DNA from: Ranitomeya imitator
Lineage: Eukaryota
Assembly: GCF_032444005.1 (NCBI RefSeq)
Contig: NC_091283.1
Coordinates: forward strand, 313,100,001 to 313,164,000
Direction: 5' to 3'
Length of the DNA: 64,000 nt
Under the pieces are notes generated by a model. That model saw nothing but the letters and a program-made list of their open reading frames with translations, was not told the origin of the DNA and ran no database searches. The first letter of the stretch is position 1; the number at the start of each line of letters is the position of its first letter. Position numbers and translations under genes: made by a program. Positions 1 through 12,380 of this stretch are shown here, piece by piece.

Positions 1-187
1 ATCCCATTGCTTCTAGTCTTTCCTTGTGCAAATGATGTACAATAACAAATTGTATTGTGGTACCGTGTTAGCCAGGAAAATCGATGTGAATAATTGTGGA
101 AATGAAAGTACTAGAAAAAAATTTTTTTTAAATCTCATAATGGGAACTAGAATAGGGCTTGGTGAACATAAATCCCCTTAAAACAAA

Positions 188-436
188 CTTTATTATAACA
201 AATTTATAAAAACACACACCAACCCAGTGCTAAATGGCAGCCAAAAAATCTGCCTAAAAATACAAAAAAGACCAAGGTCTAGCGCATACCCTGCAATAGC
301 CTTTCCTCTCCCCTGCCTAGCTGTGGAGGTTGACACCCTAATAACGATTTAGCAAAAGGAGGCAGGTGCAGGACAAATGCTGTCCAGCCCCTTTAATACA
401 CCATTTAGGGGTAGCTATTGGACTGATGATTGATAT

Positions 437-487
<51 letters not shown>

Positions 488-986
488 CTCAAGCTAGATA
501 GACAGCTTACAACATACAAATATGTGTGGTATGGGTAATATTTATTGTTTATGCTGAAATATCATATTTATGTGGCATATCTGGTAGCATACCCACTGCA
601 AACTAGCAGTATTTAGCGATTGGTGTATTAAAGGGGCTGGATTCCTGTAAAAATTACAGCATGTGTCCTGCACCTGCCTCCTTTTGCTAATTTCATTATA
701 TTGTGTTTTTTTTTTTTTAGACCATTTTTTCATCTCTGTTCTTATACATTATTGTTTTCCCACCTGCATGATAGGGTGAGATAGGGCAGTGAGGGTTAGT
801 CCACGTTGAGTGGGGGCGCCAAAAAATCGTTATTAGGGTGCCAACCTCCACAGCCAGGCAGGGGACAGGAAAGGCTATTGCAGGGTATGCGCTAGACCTT
901 GGTCTTTTTTGTATTTTTAGGTAGATTTTTTGGCTGCCATTTAGCACTGGGTTGGTGTGTGTTTTTATAAATTTGTTATAATAAAG
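188..986. repeat. Fold-back element with long inverted arms (class uncertain)
   Basis: 188-~350 is the reverse complement of ~826-986 (CTTTATTATAACAAATTTATAAAAAC... / ...GTTTTTATAAATTTGTTATAATAAAG); ~350-415 is the reverse complement of ~619-690; microsatellite in the loop; no TSD seen. Confidence 0.75.
439..487. repeat. (TA)n(TG)n microsatellite
   Basis: Direct reading of the sequence. Confidence 0.95.
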
Positions 987-1400
987 ATGATCCTTTTATA
1001 ATGTGACAGCCCTTGAGATATTTGTAGACCACTATTAAATCTCCTCTCAGTCTTCTTTTTTGCAAGCTAAACATTCCCAAATCCTGTAACTGTTCCTCAT
1101 AGGACATGGTTTGCAGACCGATCACTATTCTGGTCGCTCTTCTCTGAACTAGCACGAGTTTGTTAATGTCTTTTTTTAAATGTGGTGCCCAAAACTGGAC
1201 ACAGTATTCTAGATGAGGTCTGTCCAAAGAGGGTTAGAGGGCAATAATGACTTCACGTGATCTAGACTGTATGCTTCTGTTAATACATCCCATAATTGCA
1301 TTTGCCTTTTTTTGCTGCTGCATCACACTGTTGACTCATGTTCAGTCTGTGATCTATTAGTATACCCAAGTATTTTTCACATGTGATGTTGCTTAGATGA
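987..1400 (-). mobile_element. CR1 LINE fragment (RT C-terminal region), degraded
   Basis: Minus-strand peptides [19 protein letters not shown]...[12 protein letters not shown] and KYLGILIDHRLNMSQQCDAAAKK match the same region of the intact CR1 ORF2 at 49868-52720. Confidence 0.85.
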
Positions 1401-1404
1401 GAGA

Positions 1405-1523
1405 GGCCTGTAATTGACATCATAGGCAGACCACAACTATGAGAGTCAAAATGAGAAAACAAATCCAGAAAATCACCTTGTCTGGTTTGGAAAGATTCAT
1501 TTTGCAAATTATGGTGGAAAATA
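1405..1523 (+). mobile_element. Tc1 terminal inverted repeat fragment
   Basis: Similar to 18990-19110 (CATCATAGG...AAATCCAGAAAATCAC...ATTATGGTGGAAAATA). Confidence 0.7.
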
Positions 1524-2860
1524 CCATATATTCTCGAGTATAAGCTGACCCAAGTATAAGCTGAGACCCCTAATTTTGCCACAGAAAACTGGGAAAACTT
1601 AAAGACTTGAGTATAAGCCTAGGGTGAAAAATGCAGCAGCTACGATAAAGGCAAAAAATAAAAATAGATACCAATAAAAGTAAAATTAATTGAGACATCA
1701 GTAGGTTAAGTGTTTTTGAATATCCATATTGAATCAGGAGCCCCATATAATGCTCCATACAGTTCATGATGGGCCCCATAAGATCCTGTTTTTGTGCTAG
1801 CATTGGTTAGAGTAGGACTCGTAAGCGTGGGGACCCGTGACGTTGGGTTACGAGCTTACATATTTTGGCCAGAATATAAACTAATACCTCACATATTTTT
1901 TTAGATATGTGTTTTTTGCATTTTTTCAGGGTGCAGTTGGGCCCATTCTGTCTTGTAAACTGTAGTGTCTGTTCACATGGGATGCATCTTAATAGCGCTG
2001 GGCAGCCCGCCTGAGCTAATAGAAGGGTTTCACTAATAGGCTGTTAACCTGGATGCTGTGCATTCTTATTGTGTGAACAGCGCCACATACAGGCCTCTAA
2101 TGTGCAGTCATATGCCAAGCAGCCACCCCCTCCATTAATTTGGTAGGTTGTGAGTGGCTGCCTCATCGGTATTTCTGCACCTGTGTTGCCATCTTAACCA
2201 TATGGGTCCACTGCATCCTGTTAGTGCATTTGTTTGGAGGCCTAGGCAGGTAAGCATCTCCTGCCCTTTTTGCTATTTTTCTGCCCCATAAGATGCTCCA
2301 TACAAAATACGCCCCATATAATGCTCCATACAGTTTATGATGGGCCCCATAAGATGCTCCATACAGACATTTGCCCCATATAATGCTGCACAAATGCTGA
2401 TTATGGCCCCATAAGATGCTCCATAGAGATATTTGCCCCATATAATGTTGCACAAATGCTGATTATGGCGCCATAAGATGCTCCATAGACTATTATACCC
2501 CATATGCTGTTGCTGCGATTAAAAAAAAATCACATACTAACCTCTCGTCACTCAGGCCCCCAGCGCTTGCTATGTTCACCTGTCCGCGTTCCACCGTCGG
2601 GGCCGCTGTGTCTTCCGCATCCTCTGCACTGACTGTTCAGGTAGAGGGCAGTGAGCACACTAATCGTGTCATCGTGCCCTCTAACCTGAGCGTCACTGCA
2701 GAGGATGCAGAAGTCACAGCGGTGGAATGGGGGACAGGTGAATATCGCGCACTGCCCCCCATCATACTCACCTGCTCCTGGCGCGGTCCCTGCACGTCCC
2801 TGGTTCTCCGGGCGCCGACATCTTCTTCCTGTATTGAGCGGTCACATGGTACCGCTCATT
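1524..2860. mobile_element. Tc1/mariner-superfamily (pogo/Tigger-like) MITE, interrupted, opposite orientation to 11299-12106
   Basis: 1524-1680 is the reverse complement of 11960-12106 (CTCGAGTATAAGC motifs); contains GCCCCATAAGATGCTCCATA tandem repeats at ~1740-1785 and ~2280-2505; right end not found. Confidence 0.65.
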
Positions 2861-2864
2861 ACAG

Positions 2865-3430
2865 TAATGGCACCTTTTTGATCTTGTTATCAGTATAAAA
2901 AACACCTGTCCACAACCTCAAACAGTCACTCTCCAAACTCCACTATGGTGAAGACAAAAGAGCTGTCGTAGGACACTAGAAACAAAATTATAGCCCTGTA
3001 CCAGGTTGGAAAGACTGAATCTGCAATAGGCAAGCAGCTTGGTGTGATAAAATCAACTGTGAGAGCAATAATAAGAAAATGGAAGACATACAAGACCACT
3101 GATAATCTCCCTCAATCTGGGGTTCCACACATGATGTCACCCCGTGGGGTCAATATCACAAGAATGGTGAGCAAAAATCCCTGAACCATACTGGGAGACC
3201 TAGTAAATGACCTGCATAGAGCTGGGACCACCGTAACAAAGGCTACCATCAGTAACACACTACGCCGCCAGGGCCTGCAGTGCCAGACGTGTCTCACTGC
3301 TTAAGCCAATACATGTCCGGGCCCATTTGAAATTTGATAGAGAGTATTTGGATTATCCAGAAGAGCATTGGGAGAATGTCATATGTTTGATGCAACCAAA
3401 GTAGAACTGCTTGGTAGAAACAAAACTCGT
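2865..3430 (+). mobile_element. Degraded Tc1 transposase fragment (same family as 18922-20527)
   Basis: CCACTATGGTGAAGACAAAAGAGCTGTC start and colinear similarity to 19220-19790; contains stops and frameshifts. Confidence 0.85.
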
Positions 3431-3544
3431 CATCATGTCGTGTTACACTCCCTTCACTTCTTGTATCCTACAAGTGTACAAAGATATATATATTCACCAT
3501 GGGACAAGTGGACCTGTGTAACTTCAAATGCCAGGACTGAATTT

Positions 3545-4945
3545 TAGTCCCAGTCCGGCCTTGTTGAGGAATGTATGGATCCAGGAGATGTTTTTGAGTT
3601 GAAGTCGGCAGGAAGTGGAAAGGGCTTGGATATTTGGTTTGAAAGAAAGATCAGAGTCAAGGATTACCCTAAGGCAGCGAGCTTGTGGAAATGTGAAAGT
3701 GAGCAGCCATTTACTTTCATGGATAGGTTTGTTGGGAGAGTCGAGTGAGATGGGGGAAAGATGATGAATTCTGGTTTTGTCCATGTTAAGATTTTAGAAA
3801 TCTAGCGGAGAAGATGGGTGAAATAGTGGACAGACATTGTGGGATTTTGGCTAGCAGGGAAGTGATATCTGATCCAGAGAGGTAGATATGTGTGTCATTA
3901 GCATAGAGGTGTTACTGCAAGCCGTGAGATTCTATGAGCTGTCCCAGTCTGAAGGTGTAAATGGAGAAGAGCAGGGGTCCTACGACTGAATCTTGCAAGA
4001 CTGCGACAGATAGAAGGCAAGGTGAGGTCGTATGTGAGTGGGAGACACTGATCTCTAAGGCTAGGGTCACACTGCGTTAGTGCAACCCGTTTAGCGCTAG
4101 CGCTAGCGGGTTGCGCTAACGCAATGATTTTAATGTGGCCGCGTCCCGGGGTCGTGGTAACGTCCCCGCTCTCGCAGATCCCCGAGCGGGGAACGGACCG
4201 CGGGCGCGCCTCGGACGCTGTAAGCAGCGTCCGCGGCGCGCCAGGAAACATCGGCGCGTCGCTAGCGCGTGCCGAACATGGCACGCGCTAGTGCTGCGCG
4301 TTCCCATTGCCGTGAATGGGCGCGCTAACGGACGCGTTGCACGGCGTTAATTTCGCCGTGCAACGCTGTCCGTTAGCGCGTTCCCATTAACGCAATGGGA
4401 ACCAAGCCTTAGGTATGATGCGATCCAAGATAGGGCCCAGTCTGTGATGCCAAGAGATGAGAGGGTCTGTAGTGATAGGGATTGGTCCACTGTGTCAAAG
4501 GCAGAGGACAGGTCCAGTAGAAGGAGGACAGAGTAGTGTCACTTGGCTTTGGCAGTCAGAAGGCCATTGGAGACATTAGTTAGGGCAGTTTCATTGGAGT
4601 GATGTGGCAGAAGCGAGATTGCAAGCAGTCGAAGAGGGAACAGGAAGAGATGTGGAAGGACAGTTCGAAATGGATTTGTTGTTCTAGTAGTTATGAGGCA
4701 AAGGCGAGAAGTGATATGGGGCAATAGTTAGATACAGAGGTTGGGTCGAGAGGGCTTTTTGAGGATAGGTGTGATTGAGGCATGTTTGAAGCATAAGGGG
4801 AAAACACCATTCGTTTTTGATAGGTTGAAGAGATGGGCTAGAGTTGGGCTGAAGACTGTGGTGAGGTTTTGGATGAAGTAGGATGGGATCGGGTCAAGTG
4901 CACAGGTGGTGAGATGTGATCTTGAGAGTAAGGCGGAAAGTTGGG
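3545..4945 (-). mobile_element. Degraded L2 LINE fragment (RT region)
   Basis: Peptides [31 protein letters not shown] and PHHSNETALTNVSNGLLTAKAK match the L2 ORF at 38673-41936. Confidence 0.8.
4059..4408. mobile_element. PIF/Harbinger-type palindromic MITE inserted in the L2 fragment
   Basis: Imperfect TIRs GGCTAGGGTCACACTGCGTT / AACGCAATGGGAACCAAGCC, flanked by TAA/TTA; GC-rich internal palindrome. Confidence 0.7.
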
Positions 4946-4954
4946 TTTCTATAA

Positions 4955-5118
4955 GTATTATTATAATAATTATTATTGTTATTATTATACCACCATTTAT
5001 TCCATGGTGCTTTACGTATGAATTGGGTATACATTATAAAAAACAAGTACAATAATCTTAAACAAGTCACCGACTGGTACAGGAGGAGAGAGGTCCCTGC
5101 TGATGAGGGCTCACAGTC
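4955..5118 (-). mobile_element. L2 3'-tail fragment (or L2-tailed SINE)
   Basis: Reverse complement reads TGTAGACTGTGAGCCCTC...GTAAAGCACCATGGAATAAATGGTG followed by (AAT)n, like the L2 tail at 42060-42258. Confidence 0.7.
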
Positions 5119-5749
5119 TACAAGACATTTCATATATATTTCCTCACAACCACGCTATTTATATGAATAACCATCCAATTACAATTCTTTATAGTTATGT
5201 AGTGTCCCAGTACCTTCTCCAATCTGTTGCAAAATATAGTTGTCAGGTGGTTAGTTACCAAAAACCTATGTCCTGTTCTGTGGTTTATTCAATATTCAAT
5301 TGTCCTATACTGCAATCTACTATCCAAAGTGGAAATGTGCAAGAGTTTTGGTCCCATGACACTCTCTCAGCTGGTTTTCTGCAGAAGCCTCTAGAAGCTG
5401 CTGAGTTAAAAGTCAGACAGTAGTTCCTGTCCTTCCAATGGGGCCTGTACTGCAAGCCACAGGCTATAGAGGGAACAGCCTCATGACCAGGATGTATGCT
5501 AGGCCCTAACAGGGGTTAATCAGAAGTAAACTTAAATGGACTTTTGGTGGGGGGAGGGAGAGGGTTAGGATCTAAAATGGTGGAATAAGGGTAGGAGGAG
5601 GGGTTTAGGTCCAAAGTATGGTGGGAGATAGAAAAAGGGGGTGTGAATGGGGCCATTTGAGGGGGGCTAATTTGGTTAAGGGGACCAGGTATATAAGGGG
5701 ATTGGAAGGGGCAGGGACAGTCTGTTAGTACATCTGAGTCAGGGACACA

Positions 5750-8245
5750 CAGTACCATGATGGAGGCTCTATTCCAGGACTTTAAGAAACTGGCAGCGAC
5801 ACAAAGAGCACAGCGTGGCTTCAGGAGCAGTTGCGGCTGTTGAGTGGCAGCAGCAGTGGATCAGCTGTGGACCCAATGCCCCCAAAACACCCTAGGAGGC
5901 CGAGGCCTCCTGAGAGAGTGAGCCCTAAACTGCCATTCAGGGCGCGGAGGAAGGCAGGGCGTCCATACAGGGACCATCCGAGTCGGGATGCGAGAAGCAG
6001 GAGGCCTTGAATCCGCGCCGGAAGTCTTCTCCAATTGCAAGCATACGTAGGAGCCAGGAGGTGACATCATCTTTTGGTGTGCAGGCGCTGTCGTCATGCA
6101 GAGGGACAAGGTCACGAGGCATCGGGAAGAGGAACATGGAAGTGGCTGGAGTATCCGGGGAGTGATGATCTGAGAGGGCAGTCCTAGGAGGACGGAGCAG
6201 GGGGACTGGCCCTGGGAATGGAGGAAAGACAGAGATTGTGCCTGCTGTACCGCACAGGGCAAACAAAAGAACAAGAAGCAGATGAGCTGTAGGACCTAGG
6301 GATGACAGATCGGAAGGGGAGGATGAAGGCATTCGGGGGAATGCTGGCTGCAGGCGTGCAACTGAAGTGCGTTCCACCACCGCATGGACATTTGCAACAC
6401 TGTTGCAACAAGGGCTGAGAGGTTCTTGGCTGCTGGGGTGTCGGCGATGGAGTCGGAGGAGGAGGGCCTGGCATCTACAGTGAGGGAGAAATGCAGAGGC
6501 TGATCCGAGAGTGACTAGAAGTCTGCCCGGTAAGCATTGTGGTCACTGTAATGCAGCGAGTGGCTGTGATGTGGGTGGCATGTGGCAGGTGGGGTCTGAG
6601 GGGTAGGCAGGTAGCAAGGTGTCGCAGTTGTTGGGAATGATGCATAAATTGATGGGCATGGCTAGGTCTTCTCCAGTGGCAGTGAGGCAAGGAAATGGGG
6701 CGCACGTGGTGAAAACTGCTGCAGTGGTTTCAGCCTCGGTAGGGGTGGCAAGTGATACTCAGGGTGGGGCCTCACTTGAGGGGGGGCCCCCTGAGTCAGA
6801 GAGTGCAGTGAGTGTTGACCCAGTGAGACTGGATGATAAGGCTTGCGGGGAAGTGTATATGTGTGTTTTGATGGGCCACTGGGTGCGCATTTAAAAACAG
6901 AGGTGAAAGAGAAGATATGGATATGTAGAGATTTTTTCACTTTTGCCATTGGAGAAGTTTAATTTGGACAGGGTGAAGTTGACGAAGAGTAAAAAAGAGG
7001 AAGAGGAAAGGAGGAGGTATCAGTTGATTCCCCGAACTTTTGCCAACTGGCTGCAGGAGTTCTCTATATTGGCTAGTATGGTGAGGAAAAGGCCCCAGAA
7101 AGTGTTCTTCTCGTTTTTTCTATCTGGATAGCATCGGGGAGGCATGTCGTATGTATGGTGGGACTGGTTGGTTGCGGTACGTTGAACAGCTTAGGCAAAG
7201 GAAGGCGGTTTGTCCGAGTTTGAGGTGGGATAACAAGGACATAAGTTTATGGATGTGTTTAATGTAGGCACCGAGAGCATCGTCATCTTCCTTTCTTTCG
7301 TGAGGGTAGAGAGGATGGAGCAGTATTTAGAAAATTACCCTGTTAGGGAGGCAGCATGTTTGTTGAAGGGGGGTTTTCATTTTGGTTTCAAGATCCCTTC
7401 GGTTGTGAAGGAAGTATCGGTTTTGCTATGGAGCAACCGGAGTTAGTTGGTCAAAAATTGGGTAAATGGAGTTGGGCTGGATGGCAGGTCTGCCGCGGGA
7501 ATTACCATTACCGTATTTAAAGATTTCTTTGTTGGGTTTGGTCCCAAAGAAGGAATCAAATAAGTATCGGTTGATACACCATTTATCATACCCAGAGAGT
7601 TGGTCTCGGTGTCTTACGTGTCATTCAATAAGGTGGTGGAGTGTGTAAGGCAGTGTGGTCAGGGTGCACTGTTGGCTAAGATGGACATAGAAGCGGCTTT
7701 TCGATTGTTGCCGGTTAATCCTGACAGGTATCACCTGTTGTGCTGTTTTTGGGAAGAATATTATTATGTTGATTGTTGTTTGCCCATGAGTTGTTCTATC
7801 TCATGTGCATATTTTGAGAAGTTTAGTTCCTTTTTGGAATGGCTGTTTATAACGGAGGCAGGTGCAGACTCTGTTATTCACTATCTTGATGATTTTTTGT
7901 GTATTGGACCAGCTGGTGTGCGCAGTATGAATGCGAACGATGGAACAAGTAGAGGAGAGGTTTGGGATTCCTTTGGCAGCAGAGAACACTGTGGGTCCAT
8001 CCACCACGCTGTGTTTTCTGGGCATTGAGATAGATACTGTGTTGATGGAATGTCGTTTGCCAGTTGAAAAGCTGGAGGATTTGAAAATGGTCATACAAAA
8101 GGTGTTGAGATTCCACAATATTGCCAGTTGCAATATTTACTGAGTAAATTGAATTTTGCGTGCAGGATTTTACCCATAGGTAGAATATTTACCAGGAGGT
8201 TGGCTGTAGCAACGGTGGGTGCGACTCACCCACGGCATTTTATTT
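5750..8245 (+). mobile_element. Ngaro/DIRS-type tyrosine-recombinase retrotransposon, 3'-truncated and frameshifted (gag-like ORF plus RT)
   Basis: gag-like LEKFNLDRVK...EEERRRYQLIPRTFANWLQEFSILAS; RT motifs LGLVPKKESNKYRLIHHLSYP, LAKMDIEAAFRLLPV, LPMSCSISCAYFEKFS, HYLDDFL; cut off at ~8246 by a CR1 3' end, so RNase H end and recombinase are absent; 5' boundary approximate. Confidence 0.75.
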
Positions 8246-8246
8246 T

Positions 8247-11190
8247 TAACATAGTTATTAAGGTTGAAAGAAGACTTTTAGTCCATCTAGTTCAACCCAT
8301 AGCCTAACCTAACATGCCCTAACATGTTGATCCAGAGGAAGGCAAAAAAAACCCCATGTGGCAAATAGTAAGCTCCACTTTGGGGAAAAAAATTCCTTCC
8401 CGACTCCACATGCGGCAATCAGACTAGTTCCCTGGATCAACGCCCTATCAAGGAATCTAGTATATATACGCTGCAACATTATTCTTTTCAAGAAAGGTAT
8501 CCAATTTCCTCTTAAATTTAAGTCATGAATCACTCATTACAACATCATATGGCAGAGAGTTCCATAGTCTCACTGCTCTTACAGTAAAGAACCCGCGTCT
8601 GTTATTATGCCTAAACCTTCTTTCCTCCAGACGTAGAGGATGCCCCCTTGTCCCTGTCTTAGGTCTATGATTAAAAAGATCATCAGAAAGGTCTTTGTAC
8701 TGTCCCCTCATATATTTATACATTAAATAAAGATCACCCCTTAGTCTTCGTTTTTCCAAACTAAATAGCCCCAAGTGTAATAACCTATCTTGGTATTGCA
8801 GACCCCCCAGTCCTCTAATAACCTTGGTCGCTCTTCTCTGCACCCGCTCTAGTTCAGCTATGTCTTTCTTATACACCGGAGACCAGAACTGTACACAGTA
8901 TTCTAAGTGTGGTCGAACTAGTGACTTGTATAGAGGTAAAATTATGTTCTCCTCATGAGCATCTATGCCTCTTTTAATGCATCCCATTATTTTGCCTTTG
9001 TAGCAGCTGCCTGACACTGGCCACTGAACATGAGTTTGTCATCCACCCATACTCCCAGGTCTTTTTCATTGACGGTTTTGCCCAGAGATTTTATATTAAG
9101 CGCATAATTATACATCTTATTACTTCTACCCAAGTGCATGACCTTACATTTATCCCCATTAAAGCTCATTTGCCATTTATCAGCCCAAGCTTCTAGTTTA
9201 CATAAATCATCCTGTAATATAAAATTGTCCTCCTCTGTACTGATTACCCTGCAGAGTTTAGTGTCATCTGCAAATATTGAAATTCTGCTCTGAATGCCCC
9301 CTACAAGGTCATCAATAAATATGTTAAAAAGAAGAGGGCCCAATACTGACCCCTGTGGTACCCCACTGCTAACCGCGACCCAGTCCGAGTGTGCTCCATT
9401 AATAACCACCCTTTGTTTCCTATCCCTGAGCCAGCTCTTAACCCACTTAAGGTACCGTCACACTAAGCGACGCTGCAGCGATCCCGACAATGATCCGGAT
9501 TGCTGCAGCATCGCTGTTTGGTCGCTGGAGAGCTGTCACACAGACAGCTCTCCAGCGACCAACTATGCCGGTAACCAGGGTAAACATCGGGTTACTAAGC
9601 GCAGGGCCACGCTTAGTAACCCGATGTTTACCCTGGTTACCAGCGTAAAAGTAAAAAAAAAAACACTACATACTTACCTTCCGCTGTCTGTCCCTCTACG
9701 CTCTGCTTCTCTGCCCTGTGTAAGCACAGCGGCCGGAAAGCACAGCGGTGACATCACCGCTCTGCTTTCCGGCCGCTGTGCTTACACAGGGCAGAGAAGC
9801 AGAGCGCCGAAGGACAGACAGCGGAAGGTAAGTATGTAGTGTTTTTTTTTTTTTACTTTTACGCTGGTAACCAGGGTAAACATCGGGTTACTAAGCGCGG
9901 TTCTGCGCTTAGTAACCCGATGTTTACCCTGGTTACCAGCAAAGACATCACTGAATCGGCGTCACACACGCCGATTCAGCGATGTCAGCAGGAAGTCAGC
10001 GACGAAATAAAGTGCTGGACTTTCTGCAGCGACCAACGACATCACAGCAGGATTCTGATCGCTGCTGTGTGTCAAACTGAACGATATCGCTAGCCAGGAC
10101 GCTGCAACGTCACGGATCGCTAGCGATATCGTTTAGTGTGACGGTACCTTTACACATATTTTCCCCCAGCCCCATTATTCTCATTTTATGTATCAACCTT
10201 TTGTGTGGCACCGTATCAAAAGCTTTTAAAAAGTCCATATACACTACATCCACTGGGTTCCCTTGGTCCAGTCCGGAACTTACCTCTTCATAGAAGCTGA
10301 TCAGATTAGTCTGACATGAACGGTCCCTAGTAAACCCGTGCTGATACTGGGTCATGAGGTTATTCCTCTTCAGATACTCCAGTATAGCATCCCTTAGAAT
10401 GCCCTCCAGGATTTTACCCACAGTAGAGGTTAAGCTTACTGGCCTATAATTTCCGAGTTCAGTTTTTGTCCCCTTTTTGAATATTGGCACCACATTTGCT
10501 ATACGCCAGTCCTGTGGTACAGACCCTGTTATTATGGAGTCTTTAAATATTAAAAATAATGGTCTATCAATGACTGTACTTAATTCCTGCAGTACTCGGG
10601 GGTGTATCCCATCCGGGCCCGGAGATTTGTCAATTTTAGTGATTTTTAGACGCTGCCGCACTTCCTGCTGGGTTAAGCAGGTGACATTTAATGGGGAATT
10701 TTTATCACTAGTCATTTTGTCTGCCATGGGATTTTCTTGTGTAAATACTGATGAAAAAAGTCATTTAGCAAATTGGCTTTCTCCTTATCCTCATCCACCA
10801 TTTCACCCAGACTATTTTTAAGGGGGCCAACACTATTGTTTTTTAGTTTCTTTCTATTTACGTAGTTAAAGAATATTTAGGGATTATTTTTACTCTCTCT
10901 GGCAATGAGTCTCTCTGTCTCAATCTTTGCTGCCTTGATTTGTTTTTTACAGACTTTATTTAATTTTCTGTATTTATTTAATGCCTCATCACTACCTACT
11001 TCCTTCCTAAATGCTTTCTTTTGTCACTTATTGCGCCCCTTACAGCTCTATTTAGCCATATTGGTTTCCTCCTATTTCTAGTATGTTTATTCCCATACGG
11101 TATATACTGTGCACAGGTCCTATCCAGGATGCTAATAAACGTCTCCCATTTTCTTTGTGTATTTTTGTGTCTCAGGATATCATCCCAGTT
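8247..11190 (-). mobile_element. 5'-truncated CR1 LINE (ORF2 RT region, frameshifted), interrupted by a MITE
   Basis: ORF pieces 10110-10727, 8987-9409 and 8523-9017 carry CR1 RT motifs ([36 protein letters not shown]); 3' tail unit TAACATAG at 8247. Confidence 0.9.
9450..10149. mobile_element. PIF/Harbinger-type MITE, 700 bp
   Basis: TIR AGGTACCGTCACACTAA / TTAGTGTGACGGTACCT; TTA duplicated at 9447-9449 and 10150-10152; CR1 sequence rejoins (ACCCAC-TTA-CACAT) when it is removed. Confidence 0.9.
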
Positions 11191-11298
11191 AATTGTTTTC
11201 CCCCTTCTTGTAAACCCTTATCTTATAAATTTATTTCTTACTCTTTTAATCAAGGTTTTTATATTTATTTATATATATTTTTTATTCTTTTATATATA

Positions 11299-12106
11299 CC
11301 GTATATACTCGAGTATTTGCCGAGATTTTCAGCCCAAATTTATGGGCTGAAAGTGCCCCTCTCGGCTTATACTCGAGTCACGGTCAGCGGGGGGGTTGGC
11401 GGGTGAGGGGGACAGAGGGCTGAGGCATACTTACCTAGTCCCGGCACTCCTGGCGCTGTCCCTGCAGTCCCACGGTCTTTGGGTGCCGCAGTTCTTCCCC
11501 TGTGCAGAGCACTATATGGCACAGTTTTCTATGGGGCAATAATGAACGGTGCAGAGCACTATATGGCACAGTTTTATATGGCACAGCTTTCTATGGGGCA
11601 ATAATGAACGGTGCAGAGCACTATATGGCACAGCTTTCTATGGGGCAATAATGAACGGTGCAGAGCACTATATGACACAGTTTTATATGGCACAGCTTTC
11701 TATGGGGCAATAATGAACGGTGCAGAGCACTATATGGCACAGCTTTCTATTGCACATCTATGGGACCATAATGAACGGTGCAGAGCACTATATGGCAGAG
11801 CTTTCTATGGCACATCTATGGGGCAATAATGAACGGTATGCAGCATTATATGTGGCACAGCTTTATACAGAGCATCTATGGGGCAATAATGAACGGTATG
11901 CAGCATTATATGGGGCACAGCTTTATATGGAGCATCTTATGGGGCAATAATGAACAGTATGGAGCATCTATTTTTATTTTTCTAATTCACCGGTAGCTGC
12001 TGCATTTCCTACCCTAGGCTTATACTCGAGTCAATAAGTTTTCCCAGTTTTTTGTGGCAAAATTAGGGGGGTCGGCTTATACTCGGGTCAGCTTATACTC
12101 GAGTAT
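11299..12106. mobile_element. Tc1/mariner-superfamily (pogo/Tigger-like) MITE with internal minisatellite
   Basis: TA then CCGTATATACTCGAGTA at the left end; CTTATACTCGAGTAT at the right; internal tandem repeat. Confidence 0.75.
11505..11965. repeat. Minisatellite inside the MITE (GCAGAGCACTATATGGCACAGCTTTCTATGGGGCAATAATGAACGGT, ~47-66 bp variants)
   Basis: About 8 tandem variant copies read directly. Confidence 0.85.
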
Positions 12107-12173
12107 GTTTTATAATAAAATAGTATATGATTCTTAATCATCTCTTTTCTCCTGATTTTAGACTTTTACTTAC

Positions 12174-12326
12174 CTGACCCTATATATTCTGTGGACTCTG
12201 CACCGTTATAGTCTTGCTTATTTTGGTTATCTGGGTCCTTGGAGTCGGTCCCATTGGAATATCTGGAGAATGTTTTTCTGGGCAGCAAGGGAGGTCCTTG
12301 ACCAGAACATCCTCTTTGCTTTACAT
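12174..12326 (-). CDS. Candidate internal exon of an unidentified gene (153 bp, phase 1-1)
   Basis: Acceptor TTTTCGTATCCAG and consensus donor CAG|GTAAGT; open frame VKQRGCSGQGPPLLPRKTFSRYSNGTDSKDPDNQNKQDYNGAESTEYIGS; no recognised homology. Confidence 0.4.
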
Positions 12327-12380
12327 CTGGATACGAAAATATTATTGATTATATTACTTTAAGAATATGTTATTGTAAGG

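Noticed and set aside
5287-5401. Possible terminal exon (ASRGFCRKPAERVSWDQNSCTF...) in phase with 12174-12326
   Set aside because: Phase agreement is expected by chance one time in three; no homology or other support.
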